A stretch of DNA of 64,000 nt from Salpingoeca rosetta (taxonomy: Eukaryota; Protista; Choanoflagellata): the NCBI GenBank assembly GCA_033442325.1, contig JAWQFM010000001.1:2316973-2380972 (forward strand), read 5' to 3'. The notes beneath the pieces are model-generated. The model had not been told where the DNA came from. It was given only the letters and a program-made list of their open reading frames with translations, and searched no databases. The stretch's first letter is position 1. Each line of letters starts with the position of its first letter. Positions 50,108-64,000 of this stretch are shown in pieces. The translations under genes were made by a program, and so were the position numbers.

Positions 50108-51103
50108 CAGACAGACAGACACACACACACAGACAGACAGACACACACACACACACAGACACACACACACACACAGACAGACAGACAGACACACAGACAC
50201 AGACAGACACACGCGCACGCACACGCAGCGACTGCCTGGTACCTGAAAAGCGGAAATGACGCTGATAAATGTGATGATGACCGGCATCACATCCACTTTG
50301 GGGGCAGCACGACGCTTGTAGTAGCGGTAGATATTCGCATAGTACTCGTCTGCACCACAACGAAACGAAAACACGCACAAACAAACACGCACAAGCAACC
50401 AAACAAACAAACAAACAAACACGTGAGGGAAGAGCAATGGCAAAGACAGCAGTGACAATAGCAAGCTAGGCCGCATGCAGTCGTGCTTCAACTTCACCTG
50501 GGTGTTCGAGGAAGTAGTCGTACTCCTTGCGCATGTCGGCATCCTTCAGGACCTCGTATGCGTTGGCAACTTTGTGGAACTGCTCGGCGGCATCCTCAGC
50601 CTTGTTTCGGTCCGGATGAAGCACGCGGGCTTGTCGCCGATACGCTTTGCTAATTTCCGACTGCAAGTGCCCAATGTCCGTGCGGGAGACCAAGTGTCCA
50701 GGACGAGAAAGAAAAATAAACACAAACGGGAATGACGAAAAGAAAAGGAGGAATGTTAAGTGCCTTGAGAAGAGATCGAAAGCGCACGCTTGTACAAATG
50801 CACATATCCACACGTGCAACCGTCACACAAAGATACAATGATGCAAACACACATGCACGCTCACATATGCAAGTTCACCTTCGCACACACGCTCACACAC
50901 ACAAATTCAAATTCACACACCCACACATACATACGCAAACACGCACACACCTGGGATGCTGTGCGGTCAACACCAAGGATGTCATAGCAGTTGTCATCGC
51001 CGCAGTAGATGAACATCTGAGCACTGGTGCCGTGCAGCACAGCCAACAGCAGCAGCAGCACGGCCGCTGCCGCCGCCTGTGTCGTTGTTGCCTGAGTCCT
51101 CAT
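48447..51103 (-). CDS. DNAJC25: DnaJ homolog subfamily C member 25-like ER membrane co-chaperone
   Basis: Signal peptide; [13 protein letters not shown]; [13 protein letters not shown]; YEVLKD..RKEYDY; YYRYY-like stretch before PKVDV and a TM; [12 protein letters not shown]; [10 protein letters not shown]. Confidence 0.9.
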
Positions 51104-51298
51104 GGTCGTGAGTCACTCGAAAATCGCTGAAAGATATCCACTAATCGCCACGACTTGGCTGGCGTTGGAGGACAACAACTGCAAGCAAGAAGCAAAGCAA
51201 AGCAAAGCAAAGGCAAAAGCAAGCGACATACACCTCCACATCCACTCCCAACTCACATCAACGCCGAAGACGACGACAGACGACGACGACGAAGCGCG
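51104..51298. promoter_or_regulatory. Probable bidirectional promoter, DNAJC25/TM-RhoGEF
   Basis: Divergent ATGs separated by 195 bp; central (GCAAA)n tract. Confidence 0.55.
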
Positions 51299-52043
51299 AT
51301 GCTTTCGGCAACACAACGCGTGTGGCTTGGCGTGGTGTTTGCAGATGCCATCACCTTTGTCATCCTCGCAGCCGTGAGTTCCCATCACCAGCCATGCTTC
51401 AGAGGCGTTTGATTTTGTTTTGGCTCCTTCCGTCCGTTGGACCATTGCTTTGATCGGTGTTGAGCCATGTTCTGTCGCTGACACACGGTTTTGCCTGGCA
51501 CCCAGCCTTTTACACACAGACACACAGATGGGAACAAGCAGACGCGCACACAGACACACAGCTACACACGCACACACACGCACATACACATTCGCTCATG
51601 CTGCTCACACCACTTGTGGATCCACACAGGTGCTGGGCGCAAGCTCAAAGTTTGTGTTCAACTTGGCCAAGTACAGCGTCTCTGCAAACGTGACAGATAT
51701 TCTGCTGGTCCGTGCTTCCGCAACTTGCGTGTTGATGTGAAAGTGTGCGCTTCAACAGCACCTCATGCATGATATAAGGTTTTGTCTTGCCCACACCTAT
51801 CTCTTCGCTGAGAGGTCATTGCTTGACCTGTCCGCTTCGCTCCGCCGTCGTGCTCACCCCAGCCCATCCAACACTGCCTTTGCTTTGCAGCTGTCGTTGT
51901 TGCGGTCGCTCATTCAAGTCGGGCTGGATGTGCTTCGCTTCATCTTCAGTGTCGACTCCAAGGCACTCACCTGGTGCACCGTCATCATGGAGGGCGTCTG
52001 CCTCGCCTTTGCTTGCTACAAGGTTTGTGCCTGGACGTGCTGG

Positions 52044-52092
<49 letters not shown>

Positions 52093-52420
52093 GGGGAAGT
52101 GATGTCTTAAGACATGCACAAGCGCTGCTAAACAAGTGACCCGCTGTTGCTTCAGATGGTTGTGGTGCATCCGCACATGGCGCCCGGCCCCGTTGGCGCC
52201 AATGATGCGGTGCTGGTCCTCTCGGTGATCTTCCCTGCCCTCCATTTGATCAACCTCATCCTCACCCCGTGGTTCGAGGACACATCCGAACAAAAGGTTT
52301 GTTGCCTCGGCGACACGAAGCACATGCACAATCTCAACGTCCCGCACTGCGTGTCACGCTGCACGAACACACGAACACACACACACACGCACACGCACAC
52401 ACATTAACTCACACGCGCAG

Positions 52421-52456
<36 letters not shown>

Positions 52457-53410
52457 GCACACACACACACACACACTATCGCCTGCAGGCTGCGGAGCGC
52501 CGGCCGCTGCTGAGCCCGGCCGGACGGGCGGTGCCCTCAACTGCAGAGAGCAGATTTACGCGCACGAGCGAGTCGGTGCGCTACCAGTCCACCACCGTCG
52601 CCGTGGTGGTTGGCGACAAGAACAACAACAACACCAACAACAACAACAGCCACAGCACTGCTCATACAGCCACTGCGCAACAGACCGCCCCGCCGCCACG
52701 ACCACCGCCGCCAAAGTGGGGACAATCCTCGTGTCGGCAGTCGCTGTTGTTGTACTTGAGTCTTTGTTGGTGTAGGCTGTGCTGGTCTGGCTTTTCGGCG
52801 TTCGGTGTTGCTGTTGCTGTCGGTGTTGGTGTTGCTGCTGCTGCTGCTTTGTTCGTCTCAAACGTTACCTTGACGCACTGACTTGCTGCATATACTCCAT
52901 AATGCCGCCCGTTCAATGCACATGTTTGTGCGTGTGTGTACATGTGTTTCCCAGACTTCATCCGGAGACTACAGCGCAGTCGCACGCTGCTGCTCCCGAT
53001 GATGATGATGACTACGATGAGGACTATGATGACGGTGGTGTTGCGGATCGCAATGCGGTGACTCACGCGCTGACCAGCGAAGCGGCAGCATTGGTGCCAG
53101 GCGGAAGCCACGGCCATGGCCAAGACACATTTACGGACACGCGCGCAGCCCGTGGCGACTGGGGCGATGTTGCTGTGGCGGCAGAAGCCATGGGGGAGGA
53201 GGAGGAAGAGAAGGAAGGTGTTGCTGATGCACTTCAGGTAACGGTCCAGCTCCAAGCGCAGGAAGAAGAAGAAGAAGAGCAAGAAGAGCAGGAGCAAGAG
53301 GATGAAGAAGAGCAAGAGCAAGAGCAAGAGGGAGAGGAGGAGGAGGAGCAGGAGGGGGAGGAGCAGGAGGAGCAGGAGGAGCAGGAGGAGGAGGAGGAGG
53401 AGGAGGAGGC

Positions 53411-53506
<96 letters not shown>

Positions 53507-56154
53507 GCAGCAGCAGCAGCAAACGAGCAGTGCCATTGCGGCTGGCTTGTCGAGCGATGAATTTTCGCAACGCGTTCAGCACCACAACGCCAGCGGTGAC
53601 GACGATGCTGGTGGTGATGTGTTGGATGAGGAGTTTCATGATGCGCTTGATGCGATGCACGATGCCAGTGAGCCCGCTGCTGATGCCGGTAACGACGGGG
53701 ATGGTGGTGGTGACGGCGATGATGATGGGGATGGTGATGGTGCTGCTGATGATGACGCTGATGATGACGCTGATGATGATGATGGGGATGGGGATGACAT
53801 AACAGCACAACAACCGACAGCACAAGCCTCGACGACGCAGGAAGCGGCAGCACAAGAAGCAACGACGCAACCCGGACAAAGTGCTAACGGCGATGAGCAG
53901 AGCGGTGCTGCGCCTGACACAGACAGCAGCGGCCGTCCAGTTGTTGACGACCACGATGACATTGACGTTGACACGTTCGATGCAGCAGCCGATGCGCCAC
54001 CACACGACAAGAACGCGCCCGCTCCGAGCCGCCCCATCGTTATCCGCGCTGCCTCGATGCCTTCCATCAACCCAACAGGTCTGCAGAACCGTGTGGAGAG
54101 GGTGCACGTATGAGTGTGAATGGGCGTTGGGAATGAATGAGAGACTGTTTGGTTGTTTGGTTGTTTGTTTGGTTGTTTAGTTGTTTGTTTCTTGTTTGTG
54201 TGTGTGTGTGGATGTTATGAATGTGCGTACATGTGTGTGTGTTCATATGCACATGTTCGCAGCGGTCAAGGCTGCCTGCTTCTGCTATGTTGTTCGTTCA
54301 ATTCTTTGTGTCCCGCGTGCTGACTCCACCGCCATGCCACTGCATTGCTGCATGACATTGCTGCATGATCTGTTCTTCAGCGGTTCAACACGAGCTCATT
54401 CTTGCGAACAAGCCCGACATTCCGCCGCAGCGCGATGACGGTGAGTTGTCCATGGCAGAGACGACGGAAGAGATGTGCACATGCTTGGCTGCTGCTGCTG
54501 GGCCACATTGTATGCTCTGCTTCACGACGAACTTTGCAATGTGTGTGCACACGCACGCATCCACGCACATTCACGCACACGCACACGCATACACGCACGC
54601 ATGCACACGCACGCGTGTGCACAAACCCTCTAACACACTCACATACACGCTGACGCACTCACGTCCTCGCACTCTCCCCCACGCACATACACTGCGCACC
54701 AAACTGCGATCAGAAACGGAAGAAGAAAAGAATTACCGAAAGCGGATGTTGATTGTTGGGGAAATTGTCAGCACGGAGGAAAGGTGGGCGACACAACCCA
54801 ACAGTGTCTTCGTTCACAATACGCGGCACAACCATGTTATGTTCTCCTTTCTTGTTTGGTTCTTCCACCCCATGCACACGTCACGCGACAACCTCACGCT
54901 GTCTGCTACTTGCTGTCTGCTGTCTGCGCATCTCTGTTGCATCTCTGTCACTCACACCTACTCGCTCTTCATCGTTTCGTCCATGCATGCGGCTCACGAT
55001 CCGTGTCGCTGCACGGTTTGAACATCTCTCGCTCGCTCGTGTACAGCTTTGTGACCACGCTGCACATGCTGAACGACGTCTTCATCAAGCCGCTGCAGGA
55101 CCGCGCAGACGCACACGCGGACGGGGACGGCCCGCACGTCACGCACAAGCAGATCAACGCCATGTTCCCCGAGGTGCAGCCGCTGATCAAGGTGAACACC
55201 ATACTGCTGCGGCGCCTGCAGGACCGCTACCAGCACTGGCACCCGGCCCAGAAGATTGGAGGTGCGTCCCCCTGCCCAACGACCTCTTGTTGATGAATTG
55301 AGTCGAGCACAGTCCGTGATGGTGCTGATGGTCGTGATGGGTGGGAGATGATGGTGGTGATATGAGGAGGGACGTTGATGCGTTGTGGAGGAGAGGGCGT
55401 TTGGTCGCTGCCGTGTGATGCCGTTGCAGTTGCTTCGGCATGCTTCTCGCATTGCATCCAAACCTAGCAAAGGAACTGACCGCCCACCGCGCATGCACAC
55501 GTGTGTGCATTGATGCCCTGCTTTGCGTGCGACGTGTGCGATGTGTCCAGACGTGTTTTGCCAGGTGCTGCCGTACCTGAACCACTTCAACATGTATGCG
55601 AGCAGCTTTGATGCCGCTCTCTCCACCGTCGCCGCCTGCAAGGAACAGCCCTCCTTCCGCGACTTTCTCCTGTGCGCCCATCCACCTGTTACTGTTTGTG
55701 TTGTGCTGTGCTGCGTATGTGTGTGCGTGCGTGCTGTGCTGCGTGTGTGTATATGTGTGCGTGCGTGTGACTGATGTGAACTCCTTGCATCTGATAGCTT
55801 GTTCCTGTATCGCATTGTGATAGGCGAGCAATGTTGTGTTGTGTTGCTTCCCACCACCCTGAATACCATCACACGTGCTGACACACATACACACACACAC
55901 ACACACATACATGCACACACACACTCTCACACACTCACACTCACAACCATCACCACGATGCATGGGCACGAGAGCAGGCAGTGCCGGCAGGACCCGCGGT
56001 GCGAGAAGTTGTGGCTTGAGGACCACCTGATCACGCCCGTGCAGCGCGTTCCACGCTATCGCCTCCTCCTCGCGGACCTCCTCAGCAAGACCCCGGCCTC
56101 TCACCCCGACCACGACCACATTGCACTGGTAGCACTCTGCCTCACTGCACTTGC

Positions 56155-56201
<47 letters not shown>

Positions 56202-56976
56202 TGTGTGTGTGTGTGTGTCTGTGTGTGTGTGTGTCTGTGTGTGTGTGTGTCTGTTAGATCAAATGGTGGTTGCGGCCTCTTGGCGTTCAGCACAGCGACA
56301 CACTTGACCTTTCTTCTCCAACCCTCATCTTCATTCACCTTCGCCCTTCATTCACCACTACCACCACCATCATCATCGTCGTCCTCGTCCTCGTCACCTC
56401 AACAGGCGTTGCGGCAAGTGGAAGAGCTTGCCTCAAACATTAACATGAAGAAGAAGCAGTTTGAGTCGAGGTGAGCGCTCCTTGGTGTTCCTTTCCCTTC
56501 ACCGTCTCCTCATTCATTCATGCAGACACCACTCACGCTTCCACCTACCTCCTACCACTGCCGACGCTGACGCCACGTTTGGCTCACCTGCACTGCACTG
56601 CATTGCGCATCAACACGCCACCAACCGGCAGCGTGGCCATTGTCGAGATCCAGCAGAAGGTGAAGCACTGCCCGGAGATTGTGCAGCCATCCCGTCGCCT
56701 CGTCACGCAGCTTGAAGGCACCGAGTTCATTCGCGCAGACCTGCAGGGTAACGATGTTGTGACCACCACCTGTTCTCGCATGCCGCCGCTGTTCTTGTGT
56801 TGCGTTAGGTCGTGTTATATTGCGTTTGTGTACACGCGTAAACGCACGTGCACACATGTGGCGCTGGTGTGCACGTCGAGTGGTTGCGCGTTGCGCTGCA
56901 CCAGTTCTACACATGCTGTTTGTTTCTGTCCACTGCTGGCGTGAAGTCCTGCTCTTCCTCCGTCTCCTCACACACA

Positions 56977-57009
<33 letters not shown>

Positions 57010-58199
57010 TGCCATCTCGCAGACCCAACCACAACGGCAGAAACACCAACAAGCCTCGTTCCTGTACGTTCACACTTGGTACCCATGCACTGTGTCCAGC
57101 ACTGGTTCCCGTATGTATATTAGTCACTGTTGCCAACTGCATGCACTTGCTGTCATCTTTGACAATGTATGTTCACACTCACATGAATGCTCTCTCTCAC
57201 TCTCTCACACACAAATGCACACCAACACACATCCGTGCACAGCATCGATCTGTTGTGATTTATCTGTTCAACAACATGCTTCTGTTGGCAACGCACGAGC
57301 GCGTGGAGAGTCTCTTCGGAAGGTGCGCCGGCATCCCGTGTGCATAGTGCATGTTGCAGAGTGCATGGCGTGTTCGTGTGTGTGGTGCTTGCATCTTTCC
57401 ACTGCTTATCGTGCTCCTGCTGCTGCGATTGTTGTTGCTTGTCCGCTCTGCAAAGGTTACACACAACGATGAAGAATTACTGGCAGAACAACGACTAGTA
57501 AGTGGCGTGAGTGTGTTGTCTGATTCCATGCTTTTCACTTTAGTGATGTTGCCACGCTGTCAGAATCGCTTGCCAAACCAAACACACGTAGACGGCCACG
57601 AAGTACAAATACATCAACACTTGCATTCGCTCACCTTCTGTGCACGTGTTTGTTGTGATGGTGATAGCATGCAGCCGATGACTGAGGAGAACGGCAAGCG
57701 CGTCGTGCACAAGTTCAAGTACATTGACTCTTCAGATCTGCTGGGCGCAGTGGTGCGTACACATGGCGGTGCAGGCAGAATTGGATACGGTGGCAACTTG
57801 CAGCACCGGCTCTTGCCTCCCTCGGTTGTCTGTTTCCTCGTGCCTGCGATGGCTTCGTGCATGTGTCCATGTTTGTTCATATGCGTCTGCTATGTACACG
57901 TGCTTACGCGTGTGCCTCTCTCTCTCTCTCTGTCCCCATGTGCCAGGTGGGCGACTATGAGGACGATCCGCCGCTGTGCAACGCCGATGGTGAGAGTTGT
58001 GGGCTGACCGTCTTCCTGCCAGGAAAGGAGTTCTTTGTTCTCGCAGCGACACCGCGCGATCGCGACACGTAAGCACAACCGCCACGCGGGCAGCAACTAA
58101 CCTGGGGGAGCGGGGGGCGGGGCGGGTGAGAGGGAATGATAGTGATGATTGTGAGCAAGTGGGCTTGCGTACAGACGAACTGACACACACACACACATA

Positions 58200-58275
<76 letters not shown>

Positions 58276-58717
58276 GCACAGGTTCAAAGCAGCGTTCTTG
58301 GAGGCGAAGCAGACACACGCGAGCGACACGTCGCACCTGCCAGCAGAGCGGTTCACGGGCGGAGATGCCGGGTGGCAGCCGCACACGCCGCAGCCACACA
58401 CGCAGCAGACGCGCAGTCGCACACGGCGGGCACGGCGCAAGAGCAAAGGGACGCGACGCGGCAAGCAGGCCGGTGCAGGCGATATGCAGCAGACGCAGAG
58501 GGGGAAGAGCAAGAAGAAGGCAACTGCTGCCACTGCTGCTGTTGCCACTGCAGCAGCGACGGGTGCGGATATGGGCGGCGATGCGGCTGCACCGAAGCTG
58601 TGCTTGGATGGGGTGTACGAGCTTGCATCGGAGACCGTTGTTGACGACGAAACGGGCCAGGGATCTGTGCGGCCGCTCGCCCTCAACCACAACAACACAG
58701 ACGACACAGATGCATGA
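51299..58717 (+). CDS. Multi-pass membrane RhoGEF: 4-TM MENTAL/TMD0-like domain, acidic and poly-Q linker, FGD-like DH-PH
   Basis: Phase-compatible GT-AG exons 51299-51373, 51630-51707, 51891-52022, 52156-52296, 52489-52715 and 52955-~54078 lead into DH motifs KRMLIVGEIVSTE, LITPVQRVPRYRLLLADLL..TP..HPD and PH motif IYLFNNMLL; stop at 58715-58717. Confidence 0.75.
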
Positions 58718-59028
58718 TCCCACTTTTGTGCGCGTGTGTATGCGTGTGTATGCGTGTGTATGCGTGTGTGCGTGTGTGTATTTGTCAATAGTCACAAACG
58801 TTGATGTACTTGGTGTGCCTTCCATGATTCTTGCTCAACCCATATCCTATGTGACCTGAACTGACAGTGAGTGGGCTGTGTGCGGGTTTTAATGTCACTG
58901 CGCGGTTACTTGGTGACTTGTTTACTCATGTGTATAGTGAGTGGGTGCGCACTCATGTCAAATTGAGTGCACCAGAACAAAACGCAAAACCCATGCATGG
59001 ACCAAATGTCAACGGCACTGACGCGGCC

Positions 59029-59093
<65 letters not shown>

Positions 59094-59132
59094 CAGAGAC
59101 ACAAACGCACGCAAACAGAGGCACACGCGCTG

Positions 59133-59387
59133 CTACCATCGCTCTAACTCGTGTGGATATATGTCTCTTCCGAGCGGTTTCATCTTCACCTTCCCCGTGT
59201 CGCGGCTGAGGGACTTGCGCATATCTGCATGAGCACGGCCGGCATCGCACGTGGTGTGAGCGTGGTAAGACAGCTCAAACAGATACGGCAGCAGTGATGG
59301 AAGGATAGGCATACCAGCATACATAACCCTCACACACATATACCAGAGCACATTCAAGCGCCACACGAACATAACACACACACAGAG

Positions 59388-59427
<40 letters not shown>

Positions 59428-60473
59428 GTACACACACACACAGAGGCACAAGCACACACACACAGAGGCACAAGCACACACACACAGAGGCACAAGCACA
59501 CAAGCCTACACACAGACGTACACACAGACATACACGCTCCCTCTTCCCCTGCCACAGATGTGCGCACGGCCTCTTTACCGTATGCGTCTTCGGGATACTC
59601 TCCCGAGTAATAGCCGATGACCTTCCTGTAGATATCGTAACCAAGCCCCTTGTACATGCCAATGGCCACGTCGTTTGACTTGCGCACAAACAAGTCCACA
59701 AAGTAGCCCTCGTGCTGCTTGTCGGAGATGTGCTCCAGTTCGCCCATGAGCTGGTTCGCCAGGCCGAGCCGGCGGTACTCCGGAGCAACTGTAAGGGCTG
59801 TCACGTGCCCGTGCCAGTCGTCGCCCGTTCCTTCCACCTTGCCCATGACTGCAAGCAACGTTCATGACAGAGAGCAATCCAACGTCAACGTGTGCCCGGG
59901 CAAGTAAACACACGTACTGTGTGCTTATTCCTTCGTGCGTGCATATGCGTGTGCGTGCGTGTGTGCATGTACATCTCTCCCTCGCTCTCTCCCCCGTCTA
60001 TGCACGTACGTATGTGTGCGGGTGAACCCAAGTCATCAAACCATCACACGACTTGACACGACACAATACACGCACACTGCACGCGACACATGCTGAGTAC
60101 ACTGCACGCGAGGCTTACTGTATCCCATGAGGTTTCCGCTGCTTGATTCCGCAACAGTAAAGTACTCTGGCCACTGAGCAAGGTACAGCAAGTAGAAGCT
60201 CATGTTGTACGTCTCTGTGAGTGGATCCAAGTTCCTGAAGCGTGGATAAGGATGGACAGCGGCAGGTGTACGTTGGTGAGGCATCAAAGCGTCAGTTGAT
60301 CCAACCACAACACAGGGTGATGGTGGTGATGCAACGGCCACAAACGCCGCCAAGAGGAATGCACAGCCTCACACTCTCACATGCAAATGGATTCATGCGT
60401 GCACATAACATCCCACGTACACTTTGTTGAACTTCCACAGGTCATCACAGGTGAACTCGCGAAGCGTGGTCAT
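59133..60473 (-). CDS. NAA20: N-terminal acetyltransferase B catalytic subunit
   Basis: MTTLREFTCDDLWKFN|NLDPLTETY..YLAQWPEYF; MGKVEG..WHGHVTALTVAPEYRRLGLA; FVDLFVRKSN; EDAY|DMRKSLSRD. Confidence 0.96.
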
Positions 60474-60602
60474 GGCTGCAGTTGGGGTGCTGGCTCTTGT
60501 GTGCTGGTGATTATTTGTGAATGATTTCTATCAATTTTCAGAACTTCACTGCCAAGAAAGCAGAAGAAGGCGCGCTTGACAAGACAACAGAAGACAACAG
60601 CC

Positions 60603-61849
60603 ATGTCTCGTGTCTTGATCTGCCCAGGTGTGTGCCATTGTGTGTGTGTGTGTGTGGAGTGTGTGTGTGTGTAGTGTGACGCACGTGTAACATATGAGTG
60701 TGCCCTCGTGGTGCTATGAGCTCGCGATTGATTCATGACGTGCTTGCTTGCGTGCTTGTTGCGTGTTCAGAACAATGGTCAAGCTCGCGCATCATCACGC
60801 TGCCCGACCCACGCCATGGTATGTGCAAAAGCATCGCATTCACGCTTGCTCAGCCAAGCTGTTGCTGATCGAGCTTCTGTGAGACAGACGCCTTGTTGTT
60901 TCTGCCACTGCCGGTTTTACCGGTGTTGGCTCTGTTCCTGTGGTGAGGGTTGTTGTCTTCCTGCTGCTAGCATTGCCTCTGCTGCGTATTGAGATGATCG
61001 CACATGCTTGCACTTGCATGGTGTGCTGCAGGCCAACAAAGACAGTACCTCCTGACACAGCAAGGCATGTACGAGGTTATGCGCTGGAGTGACGATGTGC
61101 CAAGATCATGGATTATCGGCGACATGGTTCAAGAAGGTGCGTGTCTGCACGTGCGTAAGTGAGTGTGTAAGAAAGCGAGTGTCAGGCGTCTGACTACGTG
61201 TACATGTGCACGTGCGAGTATGTGTACGTGTGTGAATACGTGTGCGCTGGTCAGTCTACTGGATACTGTTGTGTTCTTCCAGGCCTTCGGCCCCATCGAT
61301 TCTCCTTAAACCGGTTGCCTCACTGTAACCCTCGCTTGTGCTGTGTCTCCTCCACACTCCCGCCGACATGCCGACCAGATGGCTCGTTCTACGTTTGTAT
61401 GCGCGTGGATCCCCTTTTCCTTGTCATTCCATATTTGACAAAAGCCAAGAAAGATAAGGTGCGCAGCCTCTACAATCAGATTTCACGCACACACGTGCAC
61501 ACATGGACATGCACACAGATACACATGCACACACCCTCGCACCAGCGTGTCGTGCTGACCACATGCAAGCTGTCGTTTCGCTCACGCGTGCTCTTCCCTG
61601 TTTGTTAGAACGTGTTTACAACCCTTGACGTCATGTTGCCGTTCCAAGAGCATCCTGGTTTCAGGCACCTGGACACCGATCCCGAGCGACAGGGTGCGTG
61701 TGCACGCTCCTCTGTGGTGGCCATGCAAGCCTGTGTAGTCGTCTTTACAGTTGCATGTTTGCCTGCTTGTGTAGGCTTCCCTTGCGTCTCTGTTTCTCTC
61801 ACCAGTGCTCACCTACACCTCACCACAATACACAACCATCCTTTCTTCT

Positions 61850-61899
<50 letters not shown>

Positions 61900-63493
61900 G
61901 CACACGCACACACGCACACGCACACGCACACACGTTCATTTGCCGCTTGTATTCCCTTGCAGATCTGCATGGGTGCCTTGATCTCGTGTGCGATGTGAAG
62001 GGCAGCGGCGATGTTCGCGCCTTCCGTCTGAACGACGAGAAGCTGCTGCGCTGGCTGAAAGCAAAGGTTCGCACTGCTTACAAGCACACACCAAGCACAA
62101 CGCACACGATTGTTGCGCTTGTACGCTTGCTCATGCATCTGTCCGTTCGTCCTTCCCGGACTGGCTTGACACCCGCACACACGCACATGTACACACACAC
62201 GCACATGTATACACGCACATGTATACACGCACACACACACACACACGCACATGTACGCACACACACACGTACACACTCTCACACTCACACTCTCTCACAC
62301 TCTCTCATTCTCTCACACACGCGGCCTCCCTCTGTGTTCAGACGATCATGTTTGCGCGCCAGCTGCCAGACCACCTCACGTCGACCGGCGCCACGTCTGC
62401 AAACTTTGTTGCCCGCGCATCAGCAGCAAAGGACATTCCATACGAGCTCAAGCTCAACTTTGCCTTTGGTCAGAACCCGTGCCCCTGTTGTCGCTGCTCG
62501 TGAACGTTGTGGGCGGTGCTTGTCGATGTGTGTGTGTGTGTGCTTTTTGTAGTTGATGATAGACTCACTCTATCCGTGTGTGTGTGCGTGTGTGTGCGTG
62601 CGTGTGTGTGCGTGTGCGTGCGTGCGTGCGTGTGCGTGCATGTGTGTGTGTGTGTGCGTGTGTGTGTGTGTGTGCGTGCGTGTGTGTGCGTGTGCGTGTA
62701 CATGTGCGTGCATGTGTGTGTGTGCGTGTGTGTGCGGCGCAGGCGCGGTGTCGCGATATCTGTCGCCGGACCTGGAGGATCTTCTTCGCTCCGAACTCGG
62801 GTGCAGTCCCTGTTCGCGTGCAGCAGCGGTGGCGGTGGTGGTGGCAAATAAGATGATGGTGTTGATTGTGAGCTGGCGCCCCTGTGTTGGAAAAAATGCT
62901 GACACCTCATGTGCGTTTCCTTCACGCTCCACCACCCGCGCATGCAGCATTCGTACGGAGAGCGATGCAGTCGGCGGTGACGGGAGCGGAGATCAGGACG
63001 GGCAGCAGTTGGGAAAGTACGCCGGACTTGAACCTACAGATGACTACAGCAAGACTGCCACCGCTGGTAACCAAGACGACAACCCAGGAAAGGTGCGAGC
63101 CGAACCGGCGATGGCCAAGCCAACACCCCCGCCCCAGCTTCTCCCCACGTGATTGTGTCTGTGTGTGCGTGTGTGCGTGTGTGTGTGTCTGTGTGTCTGT
63201 GTGTTTGCGTGTGTGTGTGTGTCTGTCTGTCTGTCTCTGTCTGTGTGTGTGTCTGTCTGTCCCACGCTCACTCACTCACTCTCACTCACTCACTCTCACT
63301 CACTCTCACTCACTCACTCTCACTCTCACTCACTCACACACTCTCTGTTCTGCGTGTGCTGCTTGACTGCTTGTGAGTACAGAAGGCAAAACTCACTGCT
63401 GCACAGAAGCGGCTGGCAAAAGTGGACAAGACAGGCATGAAGTCCATTGCATCCTTCTTTGGTGGCGGTGCAAAGAAGAAGAAGAGCAAGTAG
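60603..63493 (+). CDS. RNASEH2B: Ribonuclease H2 subunit B
   Basis: LPDPRHG; [12 protein letters not shown]; [11 protein letters not shown]; [15 protein letters not shown]; EPTDDYSK; C-terminal [24 protein letters not shown] (PIP box); stop at 63491-63493. Confidence 0.92.
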
Positions 63494-63892
63494 TGGTCGT
63501 GTTATGGTGCATCTTGTTCTGCTTTGTCTGCATTGCTTGCTTGCTTGCTTGGAATAAGTGATCATGTGCTGCTGGTGCTGCTGGTGCCTACATGTACCCC
63601 ATTTCCGCCATCTATTGGTGTGTGGTGGTATGACTTTCCTTGGTGCTGGTGTTCGTTTGCAGCTTGCTCTCGCTCAGTGCCAATGTGTGCACATGCTCCC
63701 TTTCGTCTCGCGCGCGTCTTAGTTTGCTACCCAATGATGAACGATATCATGACTGAATTCGTGTGAAAGCAGGCGAAAGCAAGAAACGCAATAAGCCAAT
63801 GAGGGCCGCGATGCACAACACACACACACACACACACTCTCTCTCTCATGCATGCGCGCATACTCACACACACACACACACACGCACGCACG

Positions 63893-63942
<50 letters not shown>

Positions 63943-64000
63943 CGAACACAACGCCATGAACACGAACACGAGACACATCAGCACATGACGGTGAGGCACA

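Overview
Eukaryotic, intron-rich genomic DNA. Introns are full of (CA)n/(GT)n, (CAA)n and (GAA)n microsatellites and coding exons are GC-rich; this style plus the animal-like gene content suggests a choanoflagellate such as Salpingoeca rosetta (inference). Most long ORFs in the supplied track are microsatellite artefacts, so gene models were rebuilt by eye from splice sites and protein motifs. Left to right: the right part of a PIF/Harbinger transposon (DDE transposase plus convergent Myb/SANT gene); a degenerate repeat patch around a 100-N gap; a DNMBP/Tuba-like multi-SH3 RhoGEF (-) apparently missing its middle; L2HGDH (+); a ~12-kb secreted collagen with three VWA domains and two homologous helical domains (+); a ~6-kb segment (139-bp tandem array, C2H2 gene, pyridoxal kinase) between two copies of a 1.43-kb direct repeat; a selenocysteine MsrA with a visible SECIS (-); a VWA/antistasin/Cys-repeat mucin-like membrane protein (+); an intronless MGAT4/GT54-like glycosyltransferase (-); DNAJC25 (-); a 4-TM MENTAL/TMD0-like domain spliced in frame to a DH-PH RhoGEF (+); NAA20 (-); RNASEH2B (+). 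Strongest leads: the membrane-anchored, probably endolysosomal RhoGEF; the collagen's paired candidate trimerisation domains; the N-acylation-motif Sec-MsrA; and the duplication that left an orphan SECIS.
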